A DNA stretch of 64,000 nt, from positions 403,599 to 467,598 of the forward strand of contig JAUIFF010000001.1 of NCBI GenBank assembly GCA_030429545.1, written 5' to 3'. The notes below the pieces were generated by a model that worked only from the letters and a program-made list of their open reading frames with translations, was not told where the DNA came from and made no database searches. Shown in pieces: positions 50,801-60,531 of this stretch. Source of the DNA: Polyangia bacterium (GTDB lineage: Bacteria; Myxococcota_A; Polyangia; Nannocystales; Nannocystaceae). Within the stretch, counting starts at the first letter, position 1, and every line of letters starts with the position of its first letter. The translations under genes and the position numbers were made by a program.

Positions 50801-51026
50801 GTACATATAAAGTGCGAGGCAAAATCGGACCTGCGGGCAGTTAGCCCGTGGGTTCGTTTGCGTTTACGCGTGGGAGCGACCGTGGCGAGTCCAGGCGACC
50901 TGCCACTTCGCGAGGTTGCTCACCGGCAGGAATCGGACAGTTATTCGCCGTTCATAAACTCGGTGCCAGCCTCAGGTAGCCGATTTTTGTGCTCTCTCGG
51001 AGGGGCAAGCCGAGATTGGGGGGAGA

Positions 51027-52376
51027 ATGTCGGCAGCCAAGACCTACAATCGTGGCATGTCAACGTTGCCCCCAGGTCCTCGCTCAATGCTGCTCACGAC
51101 GATTCGCGTCGCGCGGACGCCGATCGAGGCGATGACCAAGTACCGCGCTCGCTACGGAGATCCGTTCTTCTTACCGATGGGAAACGGCCCGATCGTCGCC
51201 ACCGCCCAGCCCGCGCTGATCAAGGAGCTGTTCGCTAACCGTGATACCTCGCTGTACGGATCGTTCGGCTTTGAGTCGACCCGCGCTCTCGTCGGAGACC
51301 ACTCGGTACTGATGATGGACGGCGTCGAGCACAAACGCGAGCGCAAGCTGCTCAACCCGCATTTCCGTGGTGAGCGTATGCGGGCGTACGGCGAGGTCAT
51401 GATTGAGGCCACGCGCGAAGCATTCGCTACGCTCTCGGTCGGTGAGGAATTCGTCGCCATCGAGCGCACCACCGAGCTCTCGCTCGAGGCGATCGTGCGA
51501 GCGGTGTTCGGCTTCTCCACGCGGGAGGAAATCACTGTGGTCCAGCGGGCCGTGATGGCGACGCTCCGCGCAGCCAAGCCCTACCTCCTTTTCAGCCCCA
51601 AGACCCAGATAGCCCCCTTCGGCCTCGGACCGTGGGCGACCTTCCAGAAGCACTCTAAGGCGCTCGACGATCTGCTCTACGCACACATCGAGAAGACCCG
51701 CGCCTCTCCCGATGGCCGTGAGGACATCCTCGCAATGCTCGTCGGGGCCCGCTACGACGACGGCAGTGCCATGTCCGACAACGACATCCGGGACGAGCTA
51801 CGCACCCTCCTGATCGCCGGCCACGAAACGACCGCGGTTAGCCTCGCCTGGACTCTCTACGCGCTCCACCGTCATCCAGAGGTGCTCGCGCGAGCTCGGG
51901 CCGAGGTCGATGAGCTCGGCGAGAATCCAGCCCCAGAGACGCTCGCGCGCTTGTCGTACCTCGGTGCGGTGATCGACGAGACACTCCGCCGCTACCCGGT
52001 CGTCGACGTGGCCTTTCGCAAACTCCTCCGTCCGGTGAGTTTCGCCGGCTACGAGCTCCCCGCCGGCGTCACCGTGTGCCCAGCGATCGTCCTGGTTCAC
52101 CAGGACCCAACGATTTACCCCGACCCCGCGCGCTTCGATCCCGAGCGTTTCCTGGGCAAGAAGCCCCGCCCGCACGAGTACCTGCCCTTTGGCGGCGGCA
52201 ACCGCCGCTGCATCGGTGCGGCGTTCAGCCTCTACGAGTCACGCCTCGCGCTCGCAACTCTACTGCGGGAGTTCGAGCTCGAACTCCTCGACACCGACGA
52301 GCTCCCCCCGGTACGGAAGAACATCGTGCTCGCGCCAAAGGGGGGCGTGCGAATGCGCCTGCGAGCACGTCGCTGA
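51027..52376 (+). CDS. Cytochrome P450
   Basis: FGGGNRRCIGAAF heme-thiolate loop; AGHETT I-helix; ETLRRYP K-helix ExxR. Confidence 0.9.
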   Translation: MSAAKTYNRGMSTLPPGPRSMLLTTIRVARTPIEAMTKYRARYGDPFFLPMGNGPIVATAQPALIKELFANRDTSLYGSFGFESTRALVGDHSVLMMDGVEHKRERKLLNPHFRGERMRAYGEVMIEATREAFATLSVGEEFVAIERTTELSLEAIVRAVFGFSTREEITVVQRAVMATLRAAKPYLLFSPKTQIAPFGLGPWATFQKHSKALDDLLYAHIEKTRASPDGREDILAMLVGARYDDGSAMSDNDIRDELRTLLIAGHETTAVSLAWTLYALHRHPEVLARARAEVDELGENPAPETLARLSYLGAVIDETLRRYPVVDVAFRKLLRPVSFAGYELPAGVTVCPAIVLVHQDPTIYPDPARFDPERFLGKKPRPHEYLPFGGGNRRCIGAAFSLYESRLALATLLREFELELLDTDELPPVRKNIVLAPKGGVRMRLRARR

Positions 52377-52424
52377 CCTTGCCATCACAAGGTTGTTTAG
52401 AGCCGGATCCGGCAGTCGCCCACG

Positions 52425-53262
52425 ACAGCTGCGACTCACGAAACCCAACTTCGACAAACTCGGATCGAGACGACACGCGAGAAAACCACGGGGTGCTAGG
52501 GAGGTGCCGAGCTCTTCCATGATTCCGCCGACCCGCTCCTGGTCGCAAAATCCAGCTGGACTCGCGAAACCCAACTTCGACAAACTCCCCGGCTCGAGAC
52601 GACACGCGAGAAAACCACGTGGTGCTAGGGAGGTGCCGAGCTCTTCCATGATTCCGCCGACCCGCTCCTGGTCGCAAAATCCAGCTGGACTTGCGAAACC
52701 CAACTTCGACAAACTCCCCGGCTCGAGACGACACGCGAGAAAACCACGTGGTGCTAGCGAGGCGCCGAGCTCTTCCATGATTCCGCCGACCCGCTCCTGG
52801 TCGCGAAATCCAGCTGGACTCACGAAACCCAACTTCGACAAACTCCCCGGCTCGAGACGACACGCGAGAAAAACACTTCGGCGCGAGGCGGCGCGAGAAA
52901 ACCACGGGGTGCTAGGGGAGAGGGTGCCGAGCTCATCCATCTGCGACTCACGAAACCCAACTTCGACACACTCTTCGGCGCGAGGCGACGCGAGAAAACC
53001 ACGGTGTGCTAGGGGAGAGGGTGCCGAGCTCATTCATCTGCGACTCACGAAACCCAACTTCGACACACTCTTCGGCGCGAGGCGACGCGAGAAAACCACG
53101 GTGTGCTTGGGCTCTTCCATGATTCCGCGGACCCGCTCCTGGTCGCACAATCCAGCTGCGACCTCACGAAACCCAACTTCGACAAACTCCCCGGCGAGAC
53201 GCCACGCGGCTGCTAAGGAGAGGCGCCGAGCTCTTCCATGATTCCGCGGACCCGCTCCTGGT
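52425..53262. repeat. Tandem array (7 units, ~99-128 bp) each reproducing the last ~45 nt of the downstream minus-strand gene plus stop codon plus ~75 nt of 3' flank
   Basis: cgaaacccaacttcgaca recurs at 52438, 52566, 52694, 52822, 52948, 53047, 53166. Each unit carries gagctcttccatgattccgccgacccgctcctggtcgc, the reverse complement of the DQERV(G/R)GIMEELG C-terminal coding sequence, and a cgacgcgagaaaaccacgg motif. Confidence 0.85.
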
Positions 53263-54940
53263 CGCGCAATCGTGCCGGAACCAGTTCGAGGTAGCGCCGG
53301 TAGTGCTCGAGGGCCGCCTCGGGATTGTTGAGCTCGCGCTCGATGTCGCCGAGCAGACGATGCAAACTCCCGATCTCGGGGGCGAGTGTCAGGGCGACCT
53401 GGGCGGCCGTGCGCGCGCGCTCGGGCAGCTGTTGGCCGAGCAGGTCCTTTGCATAGGCAATTGCATGGAGTGCCTGCTCGTAGTCGTTGTAGGCCTCGCT
53501 GTGAAGTAGGCGGTCGGGGGGGATATCGTCGAGTGGGGCAGGGCGATCGCCCTGGCGCATCAGCCAGTAGCGCAGGTCGAACGCGCGAAACTTGCCGAGG
53601 GCCGAGGGCCCCTCGGAGACCCACAGCACCATCGCCGTTGCATCTACAAGTATGGCGTGGCTGCGGGCGAGGTTGTCGAGCGCGTTGGGGTTGCCGAGGC
53701 CGAGGGGATGGCCCTCCTTGCCCTGGCGGTCACGCAAAATAGCGACGGCGCGCTCGGGCGTGACTGTCTCTTGGGTCAGTAGCTCACCGAGCCGTTCGTA
53801 GCGATACCCCGAGGAGGTCGAGCGCCGAAGTCGATCGTTTTCGGCATCCCGTTCAAACGCACCCTCGATCAGGTGGTTGGTGCTCCACACGGTCGAGTCT
53901 TTTTCGCCGCGAACCTTGCGGTTGTCGTCCTTGGCCCGGGGCGCCATTTCGACAATCGCCGACTTACGGGCCATGCCGTCGGCCACCAACACCACCGCCG
54001 AGGTCCGGACATCGGCACCGCTGAGCAGTTCGGTCGCGGCTTCGAGGGTATCGGCTTCTTCGAGTACACGCCGCAGTAACAGCGACACCGGAAGGCCTTC
54101 TTCGCCGGGGTCGTCGGTGCGCGTGGTGTTGAGGGCAACGAAGATCCCGCGCGAGTTCATGCCCGTGACCACGCCCGTCATGCCGGGCCAGCCGATCGAG
54201 ACAAACGGGTATTTGCCGTCGGGGTAGTAAAACGCCACGACCCGGTCGCCTTCGAGCGGACCAAACCCCTCGCCGAGATCGACCGAAAGGCTGCGGCCGA
54301 CGATCAGGTTGCCCGGGGTTTCAGCGCCACGGCCGGCCTTGGCGAGGCTGGCAAACATGTTGCCCTCGATCACGACATCGTCGAGGGTTTCGGACAGCTC
54401 CTGAAAACATTGGTACAGCAACAACCGCTGGTAGCCGGAGAAGTTCGGGCCCGAGGCCTCGGGCAAGCCTTCGGCAAAGGCCGCCAACTCTTCGCGCTCG
54501 TTGGGCGCGAGTGCTTCGTCGACGTCGCGGTAGCGCCAACGCACCATCGACAGGGCCGACCAGGACTCAAAACCTCCGGGGTAACGTTGGCTGACGAGGT
54601 CTTGGATACGGTCGTCGAGCCGGTGAAACAGCTGCCCGCCGAGTGCCCCGTGTGCCCAACCTATCTGGGCTGGCGACCCCTCGAGGTGGAGGTGCCAAAT
54701 CCCGCGCTCGCGGGCGAGCCAGGCGTTGCCGGCCGAGAGCTTGCGCCCGGTGGTGTCGACTTCGATTTCGAGGCGCTCGACCTCGACTTCGGGTGGATTG
54801 ACCTCGGTGTATTCGAGGTAAGCCGAGTAGGCGATGGTGCCGATGATGCCAACGAGGACCAAAAGCACAGCTACCGCCCGCGCGATCGCAAAAAATCCCG
54901 GACCTTCGCCAGGTGTCTGTGGAGGTGCAAATCGCGCCAT
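53213..54940 (-). CDS. Membrane-anchored peptidase C45 / acyl-CoA:6-APA acyltransferase-family protein with C-terminal TPR region
   Basis: N-terminal TM FFAIARAVAVLLVLVGIIG; FVSIGWPGMTGVVTGMNSRGIFVALN resembles C45/NTN-hydrolase core; C-terminal TPR-like helices; start chosen at M 54940. Confidence 0.6.
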   Translation of the reverse strand: MARFAPPQTPGEGPGFFAIARAVAVLLVLVGIIGTIAYSAYLEYTEVNPPEVEVERLEIEVDTTGRKLSAGNAWLARERGIWHLHLEGSPAQIGWAHGALGGQLFHRLDDRIQDLVSQRYPGGFESWSALSMVRWRYRDVDEALAPNEREELAAFAEGLPEASGPNFSGYQRLLLYQCFQELSETLDDVVIEGNMFASLAKAGRGAETPGNLIVGRSLSVDLGEGFGPLEGDRVVAFYYPDGKYPFVSIGWPGMTGVVTGMNSRGIFVALNTTRTDDPGEEGLPVSLLLRRVLEEADTLEAATELLSGADVRTSAVVLVADGMARKSAIVEMAPRAKDDNRKVRGEKDSTVWSTNHLIEGAFERDAENDRLRRSTSSGYRYERLGELLTQETVTPERAVAILRDRQGKEGHPLGLGNPNALDNLARSHAILVDATAMVLWVSEGPSALGKFRAFDLRYWLMRQGDRPAPLDDIPPDRLLHSEAYNDYEQALHAIAYAKDLLGQQLPERARTAAQVALTLAPEIGSLHRLLGDIERELNNPEAALEHYRRYLELVPARLRDQERVRGIMEELGASP

Positions 54941-55053
54941 TGCGGACGTCTCAACAGGTTTTATACCCCACGTGCCGGCGACGTCGAATCCGAGCCGTGG
55001 CAATTGATGTCGCCGCAAAAACTTGGTGATATCTCCGACCGAGAAGGGGCCCC

Positions 55054-55752
55054 ATGCGAACCGACGCAGCACAACCTGTTTGTTCCCTCGCTTTGCTGGC
55101 CGTGGCTCTGTGGAGCTGTGCGCCGGAAAAACCACCGGCACCCGAGCAGGCGCCGCCCAAGGCCGCGGCGCAAGGGCAAGAAGTGGCAGACAAGCCTGCT
55201 GTGTTGGCCAAGGACGAGCAAAATGTGGTGTTGACCTATGCCGGGGAGCGCGGCGTGTTCAAAGACACAAGCAAGGTCGACGAGGTGCCCGAAGAGGCAC
55301 GCGGGATGGTGCGCGTGACCCTGCTCGATGGCCCGCGCCCTGCCCACGACAAGGTCTGGGTGGTCAACTTGCGAGAGGCGCCCGGCGACGATGGCTGGAA
55401 GCTCGGGACGATCGGGCGCACCGAGTTTGAAGAAGCAGCCCTAGGTCAGGGCCTCAGCAGTGATGTCGAGCTGCCCGAGGGCATCGAGCCGCCGCCCAAA
55501 AAGCCACGGGAAGCCGATGTCATTGTCTACAAGACCGAGTGGTGCGGTGTATGTACAAAATTGCTGGCCTACCTCGACCGCAAGGGGGTGGCCTACGTGG
55601 CTAAGGACATCGAAAAAGACCCGGCCGCGGGTGCCGAGTTGCGGCAAAAATCCCAGGAAAAAGGGCTCAAGACCGGGAGTGTGCCGGTTATCGACGTTCG
55701 CGGTGAGTTGCTCGTTGGCTTCAACCGCGCGCGGCTCGAGCAGCTGTTGTAA
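55054..55752 (+). CDS. Lipoprotein with C-terminal glutaredoxin/NrdH-like domain
   Basis: Signal + CAPEK lipobox-like; VIVYKTEWCGVCTKLLAYL...VPVIDVRGELLVGFN = CxxC glutaredoxin fold. Confidence 0.6.
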   Translation: MRTDAAQPVCSLALLAVALWSCAPEKPPAPEQAPPKAAAQGQEVADKPAVLAKDEQNVVLTYAGERGVFKDTSKVDEVPEEARGMVRVTLLDGPRPAHDKVWVVNLREAPGDDGWKLGTIGRTEFEEAALGQGLSSDVELPEGIEPPPKKPREADVIVYKTEWCGVCTKLLAYLDRKGVAYVAKDIEKDPAAGAELRQKSQEKGLKTGSVPVIDVRGELLVGFNRARLEQLL

Positions 55753-55879
55753 CCGCAGTCTACATGTAGATACACCGGGCGTGTGGCGCCGAGGTAGCGA
55801 ATCAGGCAACACCAGTCCTGTTGCAGATACAAAAAACGCCACCGACTTGGGTGGCGCTTTTGGTGGTTGACGGCCGGCC

Positions 55880-57193
55880 CTACTCGACGGCCTGGATCTT
55901 GGGCAAAAACTCGTCGGGCCCGGTGAAGGTGTTGAGCCGAAAGGCCGGGTCGGGGGCCTGGCCCTGGCGAACTGCGTCCATCTGGTCGCTCAGCCGCACA
56001 CCCGAGCCGTAGACGACAACTCCGGGCAGCGAGCCGTTGACAAACGTGTTGAACAACACCTGCTTGTCGGGCGAGTCGTCGACGTTGTCGACCTTGATTT
56101 TGATGAGCTCAAACCGCGACGACAGTTCGAGCTCGACGCGCTCGTCGGCAAACGTGATGAGGTCCATCTCCTTGCACGGGTTGCACCATTCGGCACCGAA
56201 GTCGATGACAAGTGGTTTGCCAAACTCGTCGGCGACAGCCACGGCTTCGCTAAATTCATCGAGCGTTGCCACGGTCTTCCACTCGCCCTCCGACACGTAC
56301 ATGACGTTGTTGAGCGCCACGGTAAATCCGAGGATGGCGATGACCACGGCAAACCCCTTGCGAACTTTCTCGGCGAGTGGGCCATAGAAGCTGAGGTGAA
56401 TCGCACCGGCGATAATGCCGATAGCTCCGAGACCCATGCCGATCCACAAGCCCCACTCGGGATGCAGGACAAACGCCCGCAACTCGGGGCTGATCGGGCG
56501 AATAAACCACAGGGCCATCACCACCAACGCGACCCCAAAGACGCTCTTGATGTACTCCATCCACTTGCCGGGGCGAAACAGGCTGGCCCCGAGGGCGACC
56601 GCAAAAAATAGCGTGCCCATGCCGAGGGCGTAGGTAAACAGCAGCGAGCCGCCGTAGGCGACACTTCCGCCCTGGGCCGAGGATTTGGCGATGTAGGCCA
56701 GCAGCGACAGCAGGACCGGGCCAGTGCACGGGGCCGAGATAAAGCCGCTGACAAGTCCCATTAAAAATGCCCCCAACGGGCCGGCGCCACCCACCGTGTT
56801 GAGTTTGGTTTGGAGGCTGTGGGGGAGTTGTAGGTCGAAGGCGCCAAACATGCTGGCCGCGAGCGCGAGCAATAGGGCAGCGATTGGTAGTACAACGATC
56901 GGGTCGGCCAGCCAGGCGCCAAACTGGGTGCCGGTGAGGGCAACGACGACGCCTAGGGTGGTGTAAAGGACAGCCATGCCGAGGACGTAGGCGGTTGCCA
57001 AAAACAGTGCCTTGCCCCGGGATACACCCTGCGCACCAAACACGGCCACGGTGACCGGGATCAGCGGGTAGACACAGGGGGTGAGGTCAACCAGGACGCC
57101 TTGGCCAAACGCCCACGCGTAGGTGCTCAAGCTGCCAGCTTCAAAGCCGCTGGTGTCAGGCGCGAGGGCGAGGAGGTCGGTGGGTGTGATCAT
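55880..57193 (-). CDS. DsbD/CcdA-family thiol:disulfide interchange membrane protein with C-terminal thioredoxin domain
   Basis: CcdA-like TM core (two conserved Cys: LTPCVYPLIP, ISAPCTGPVL) and C-terminal FGAEWCNPCK thioredoxin motif. Confidence 0.75.
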   Translation of the reverse strand: MITPTDLLALAPDTSGFEAGSLSTYAWAFGQGVLVDLTPCVYPLIPVTVAVFGAQGVSRGKALFLATAYVLGMAVLYTTLGVVVALTGTQFGAWLADPIVVLPIAALLLALAASMFGAFDLQLPHSLQTKLNTVGGAGPLGAFLMGLVSGFISAPCTGPVLLSLLAYIAKSSAQGGSVAYGGSLLFTYALGMGTLFFAVALGASLFRPGKWMEYIKSVFGVALVVMALWFIRPISPELRAFVLHPEWGLWIGMGLGAIGIIAGAIHLSFYGPLAEKVRKGFAVVIAILGFTVALNNVMYVSEGEWKTVATLDEFSEAVAVADEFGKPLVIDFGAEWCNPCKEMDLITFADERVELELSSRFELIKIKVDNVDDSPDKQVLFNTFVNGSLPGVVVYGSGVRLSDQMDAVRQGQAPDPAFRLNTFTGPDEFLPKIQAVE

Positions 57194-57300
57194 CGAAATT
57201 GTCCAGACTGAAAATACACGAGCGGGTATGGCCGGTCGTCAGCACTCAAAACGCATCGGGCCCGCGGATGTCACGGACCAACCGATGTTGGCGATAACCG

Positions 57301-58533
57301 TCACTTCGCAGATCTTGTTTCGTAGGCGGCAAGCCCGGCTCGAAGGATCTCGAGGCAGCGTCTGAGCCGCTGCTCGCCGAGGACGTAGGCTATCCGAACC
57401 TGGTTTTGGCCGGTGTTGGGGGTGGCGTAAAACCCATTGGCGGGGGCCATCATCACGGTTTCGCCGTCGAGGTCGAAGTCGCGGAGGAGAAACACACAAA
57501 AGGCCTCGGCGTCGGTCACCGGAAGATCCGCGATGAGATAAAACGCGCCATCGGGGGTCGGGCAGCTGACACCGGGAATCTCGCGCAGCCCGGCGACCAG
57601 CGTGTCGCGGCGTCGGTGATATTCCTCGACCATCGCCCGCATGTCTGGCTCTGGGGTTTTCAATGCGGCCATTGCCGCGACCTGGTCGACCGTTGGCGGC
57701 GACAACCGGGCCTGGGCAAACTTGAGGCAGGCCGCATAGAGCTCGGGGTTGCGGGTCACCAGGTTGCCAACGCGCGCGCCGCAGGCTGAGTAGCGTTTGG
57801 AGACCGAGTCGATCACGACCGCGTGGTCTGCCATGCCGGGCACTCCGAGGATCGAGGCGGCAACCGTGGGCTCGGGGTTTTGCGCGGTTGGGTACACAAA
57901 CTCGCGGTAGACCTCGTCGACCACCAAGAACACCCCGCGTTCACGACAGACTTCGCCAATGGCGACGAGGTCGTCGTAGCGCAGCACGGCGCCGGTCGGA
58001 TTGCCGGGCGTCGGAATCACAACCGCTCGGGTGCGTGGCCCGATGGCGTCTGCCACCCGCTGGGCCGGGATCGTGAATCCCTCGCTGGCATGGGTTGTCA
58101 GTGGGCGAACGCCGACGTTGAGCAGGTGGGCAAAGCCGCCGTAGTTTGTGTAGTAGGGCTCGGCGACCACGATTTCATCGCCCGGGTCACAGGTCGCGGC
58201 AATCGTAAACAGCAGCGCCTCGGATCCGCCCACGGTCACCAGGATTTGGTCGGGTGTGACTGCGGCCTGGTCGCGAATGATCGCCGGGTTGTTGTAGTAG
58301 CTCGCCAGCGCCTCGCGGTAGTCGGCAAACCCCTGGCTCGGACTGTAGGCGACGGTCGCAACATCGAAGTTGCGATAGGCCGCGAGCATCGGGGCAACCG
58401 TCGGGAGATCTGGTTGTCCGATGTTGAGGTGAAAGACGTGAACACCTCGCGCCCGTGCTTGGTCGGCAAACGGTGTGAGGCGTCGGATCGGAGAGGCAGG
58501 TGCGCTGGCACCTCTGCGAGAAATGTTCGGCAT
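57301..58533 (-). CDS. Class I PLP-dependent aminotransferase (aspartate/aromatic aminotransferase-like)
   Basis: LNIGQPD N-terminal motif; SVSKRYSACGARVG (PLP Lys region); 410 aa from M 58533. Confidence 0.8.
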   Translation of the reverse strand: MPNISRRGASAPASPIRRLTPFADQARARGVHVFHLNIGQPDLPTVAPMLAAYRNFDVATVAYSPSQGFADYREALASYYNNPAIIRDQAAVTPDQILVTVGGSEALLFTIAATCDPGDEIVVAEPYYTNYGGFAHLLNVGVRPLTTHASEGFTIPAQRVADAIGPRTRAVVIPTPGNPTGAVLRYDDLVAIGEVCRERGVFLVVDEVYREFVYPTAQNPEPTVAASILGVPGMADHAVVIDSVSKRYSACGARVGNLVTRNPELYAACLKFAQARLSPPTVDQVAAMAALKTPEPDMRAMVEEYHRRRDTLVAGLREIPGVSCPTPDGAFYLIADLPVTDAEAFCVFLLRDFDLDGETVMMAPANGFYATPNTGQNQVRIAYVLGEQRLRRCLEILRAGLAAYETRSAK

Positions 58534-58647
58534 AGATCCCTCTTGGGCCTGAAACGGTCGCAGCGTGCGTGAATTGATGGGGGACTTCAAGTTGCGAGAA
58601 ACTTTGCGCGAAAAAACGCAACCCGCGCCACGCAGAAGTTAGTATAC

Positions 58648-59865
58648 GTGCGTTCAGTGCCTGGGTGGTTTCGACCGAGTTTGGTGGGAATGGTTCTCAA
58701 CGAGCGTTACACGCTTTCGCACCTTATAGGGCGCGGTGGTTCGGCGACGGTCTATCGCGGTGTCGACCGCAAGCTCGGATCGCCGGTCGCAGTCAAGGTG
58801 TTGCACCCGGAGCTTGCGCGCGACATTACGCGCCGCCGGCGGTTTCAGCAGGAGGCCGTGTTGTCGGCCAGTCTGCACCACGAAAATTTGGTCACGGTGA
58901 CCGATATCGGAGCCGACGACGGGCCGGGTGACGAGCAGCGGATCTACTTTGTGATGCCGCTTATCGATGGCGAAACCCTCCGCGATTTGGTCATGGCGGG
59001 ACCTATCCACTGGCTGCGCTGCGTCGAGCTGACCCGGCAGATCTTTCAGGCCGTCGCCGTGTTGCATCAAAACGGAGCGATTCACCGCGATCTCAAGCTG
59101 ACCAACTGCATGGTCGTGACCCGCAGCGATGGCTCCGACTGGTTGCGCCTCCTCGATTTTGGCCTGGCCAAGGTTGTCCGTGAGTCGTCGTTTGCCCAGC
59201 CTGTCGACACCACGTCCTCGGGGATCATGGGAACCGACACCTATCTCGCTCCCGAGCGGATTGTGACCAAAACTGCGGACGAGCGCGCCGATATCTACTC
59301 GGTTGGGATCATGCTCTACGAGCTCCTGACCCGCCGTCCTCCGTTTGTCGGCAATCAGTATGAAGTGCTCCACGGGCATGTCAGCCAGCCGCCGCCCGAC
59401 CTGCGCAAGCGCTGCAAGGGTCGGGACATTCCCGACTCGCTGGTCGCGTTTGTCCAGCGGTGCTTGGTGAAAAACCCGAACGACCGCTATCAAGATGCGC
59501 ATACATGTATTTCCGAGCTCGACAGGGTGCTCGCCTACGATGGTTTTGGCCAGCGCACGGTCGCCGGTTTCATCCAAGCTGGGGCCCAGGCCGCGCGGGC
59601 TGGGCTGACTGCATTCGTCGGTCGTGACTTCAAACAGGCGGCCGCCTGTGCCTCCGATGCCGCGCGTGCCGACCCGAGTTGGCGCCCCCTCGAGCAGTTG
59701 CTTGCACAGGCAATTTCAGAAGCTTCCGCTGAGTCCCAAACCCCAGTTGCCGGGTCCGGGTCCGAGGCTCAGCCGCACTCGGTTGCGCTGTTCAAAGCGG
59801 GCGAGATGCCGGTGGTGAAGTCCCAACATCAGGGCATCAAAGACGAGCAGGAAGCAGCCCTGTAA
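58648..59865 (+). CDS. Ser/Thr protein kinase
   Basis: IGRGGSATVYRGVD, VAVKVL, IHRDLKLTNCMV, DFGLAK, GTDTYLAPE. Confidence 0.8.
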   Translation: MRSVPGWFRPSLVGMVLNERYTLSHLIGRGGSATVYRGVDRKLGSPVAVKVLHPELARDITRRRRFQQEAVLSASLHHENLVTVTDIGADDGPGDEQRIYFVMPLIDGETLRDLVMAGPIHWLRCVELTRQIFQAVAVLHQNGAIHRDLKLTNCMVVTRSDGSDWLRLLDFGLAKVVRESSFAQPVDTTSSGIMGTDTYLAPERIVTKTADERADIYSVGIMLYELLTRRPPFVGNQYEVLHGHVSQPPPDLRKRCKGRDIPDSLVAFVQRCLVKNPNDRYQDAHTCISELDRVLAYDGFGQRTVAGFIQAGAQAARAGLTAFVGRDFKQAAACASDAARADPSWRPLEQLLAQAISEASAESQTPVAGSGSEAQPHSVALFKAGEMPVVKSQHQGIKDEQEAAL

Positions 59866-60345
59866 AACCACCGCCTGGCCGTAGCCAACCGCCCGCGGGC
59901 TATCCCGCATGAGCCCGATATCCCAGCTCAGCGCCCCGGCCGTGATGTAGCCGAAGTCGAGGGCGAGGTTGACTGCAAACACTGTCTGCGCCGTCTTCGA
60001 TTTTTGGATCGATTTCGCAATCGGTGTACCTGCATGTTGTTCGCGGCTGGCGTTGACCCAGCCGATCACGCCGAGGGTTACGTTGACCGTGTTCCACAGC
60101 GCATTCATCTGGTGGAAGTAGCGATCGGAACGATCGGCTGGCGTGGTCAGCCACAGGCCGGTACCGACACCGATGTTGCCCACGCCCCAGGCCGTGAGGC
60201 TGATCATGCCCGCCTTTTGGATCTGCAGCCGCTTGCGTGTGAACTCCGCGTCCGGGTTTGCCGGTGCAAAGCCCGAGGCGAGTCCCGTCGCGGCAACAAG
60301 TCCCAGAGTGTGCATCCACTTGCGCAGCAACGTCGCTATCGGCAT
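59716..60345 (-). CDS. Signal-peptide-bearing multi-TM membrane protein of unknown function
   Basis: MPIATLLRKWMHTLGLVAATGLASG signal; 4 hydrophobic helices. 3' end overlaps the convergent kinase ORF by 150 bp, so one of the two ends is probably mis-called. Confidence 0.4.
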   Translation of the reverse strand: MPIATLLRKWMHTLGLVAATGLASGFAPANPDAEFTRKRLQIQKAGMISLTAWGVGNIGVGTGLWLTTPADRSDRYFHQMNALWNTVNVTLGVIGWVNASREQHAGTPIAKSIQKSKTAQTVFAVNLALDFGYITAGALSWDIGLMRDSPRAVGYGQAVVLQGCFLLVFDALMLGLHHRHLARFEQRNRVRLSLGPGPGNWGLGLSGSF

Positions 60346-60531
60346 CGGCCCCCCAACCATCTGAACCGATCCTGTGGAGATGTCCACAAGCTGGGCCCAT
60401 CTGCGTCACACCGGGCCCAACGGTTGATCATCTCAGGGGGAAGTACTGCCAACTGCACAGGGCTTGTGCGCCGTTGCGAGGTGGATCACGTGCAATCGCC
60501 GACGGGTGCGGGATGATCTCGATATCGGCAG

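Noticed and set aside
52189-53241. 350-aa + strand ORF with internal KPNFDKLPGSRRHARKPRGAREVPSSSMIPPTRSWSQNPAGLA repeats
   Set aside because: It starts inside the P450 gene in another frame. Its periodicity simply reflects the DNA tandem array, and minus-frame copies carry in-frame TAG stops, so the array is treated as non-coding.
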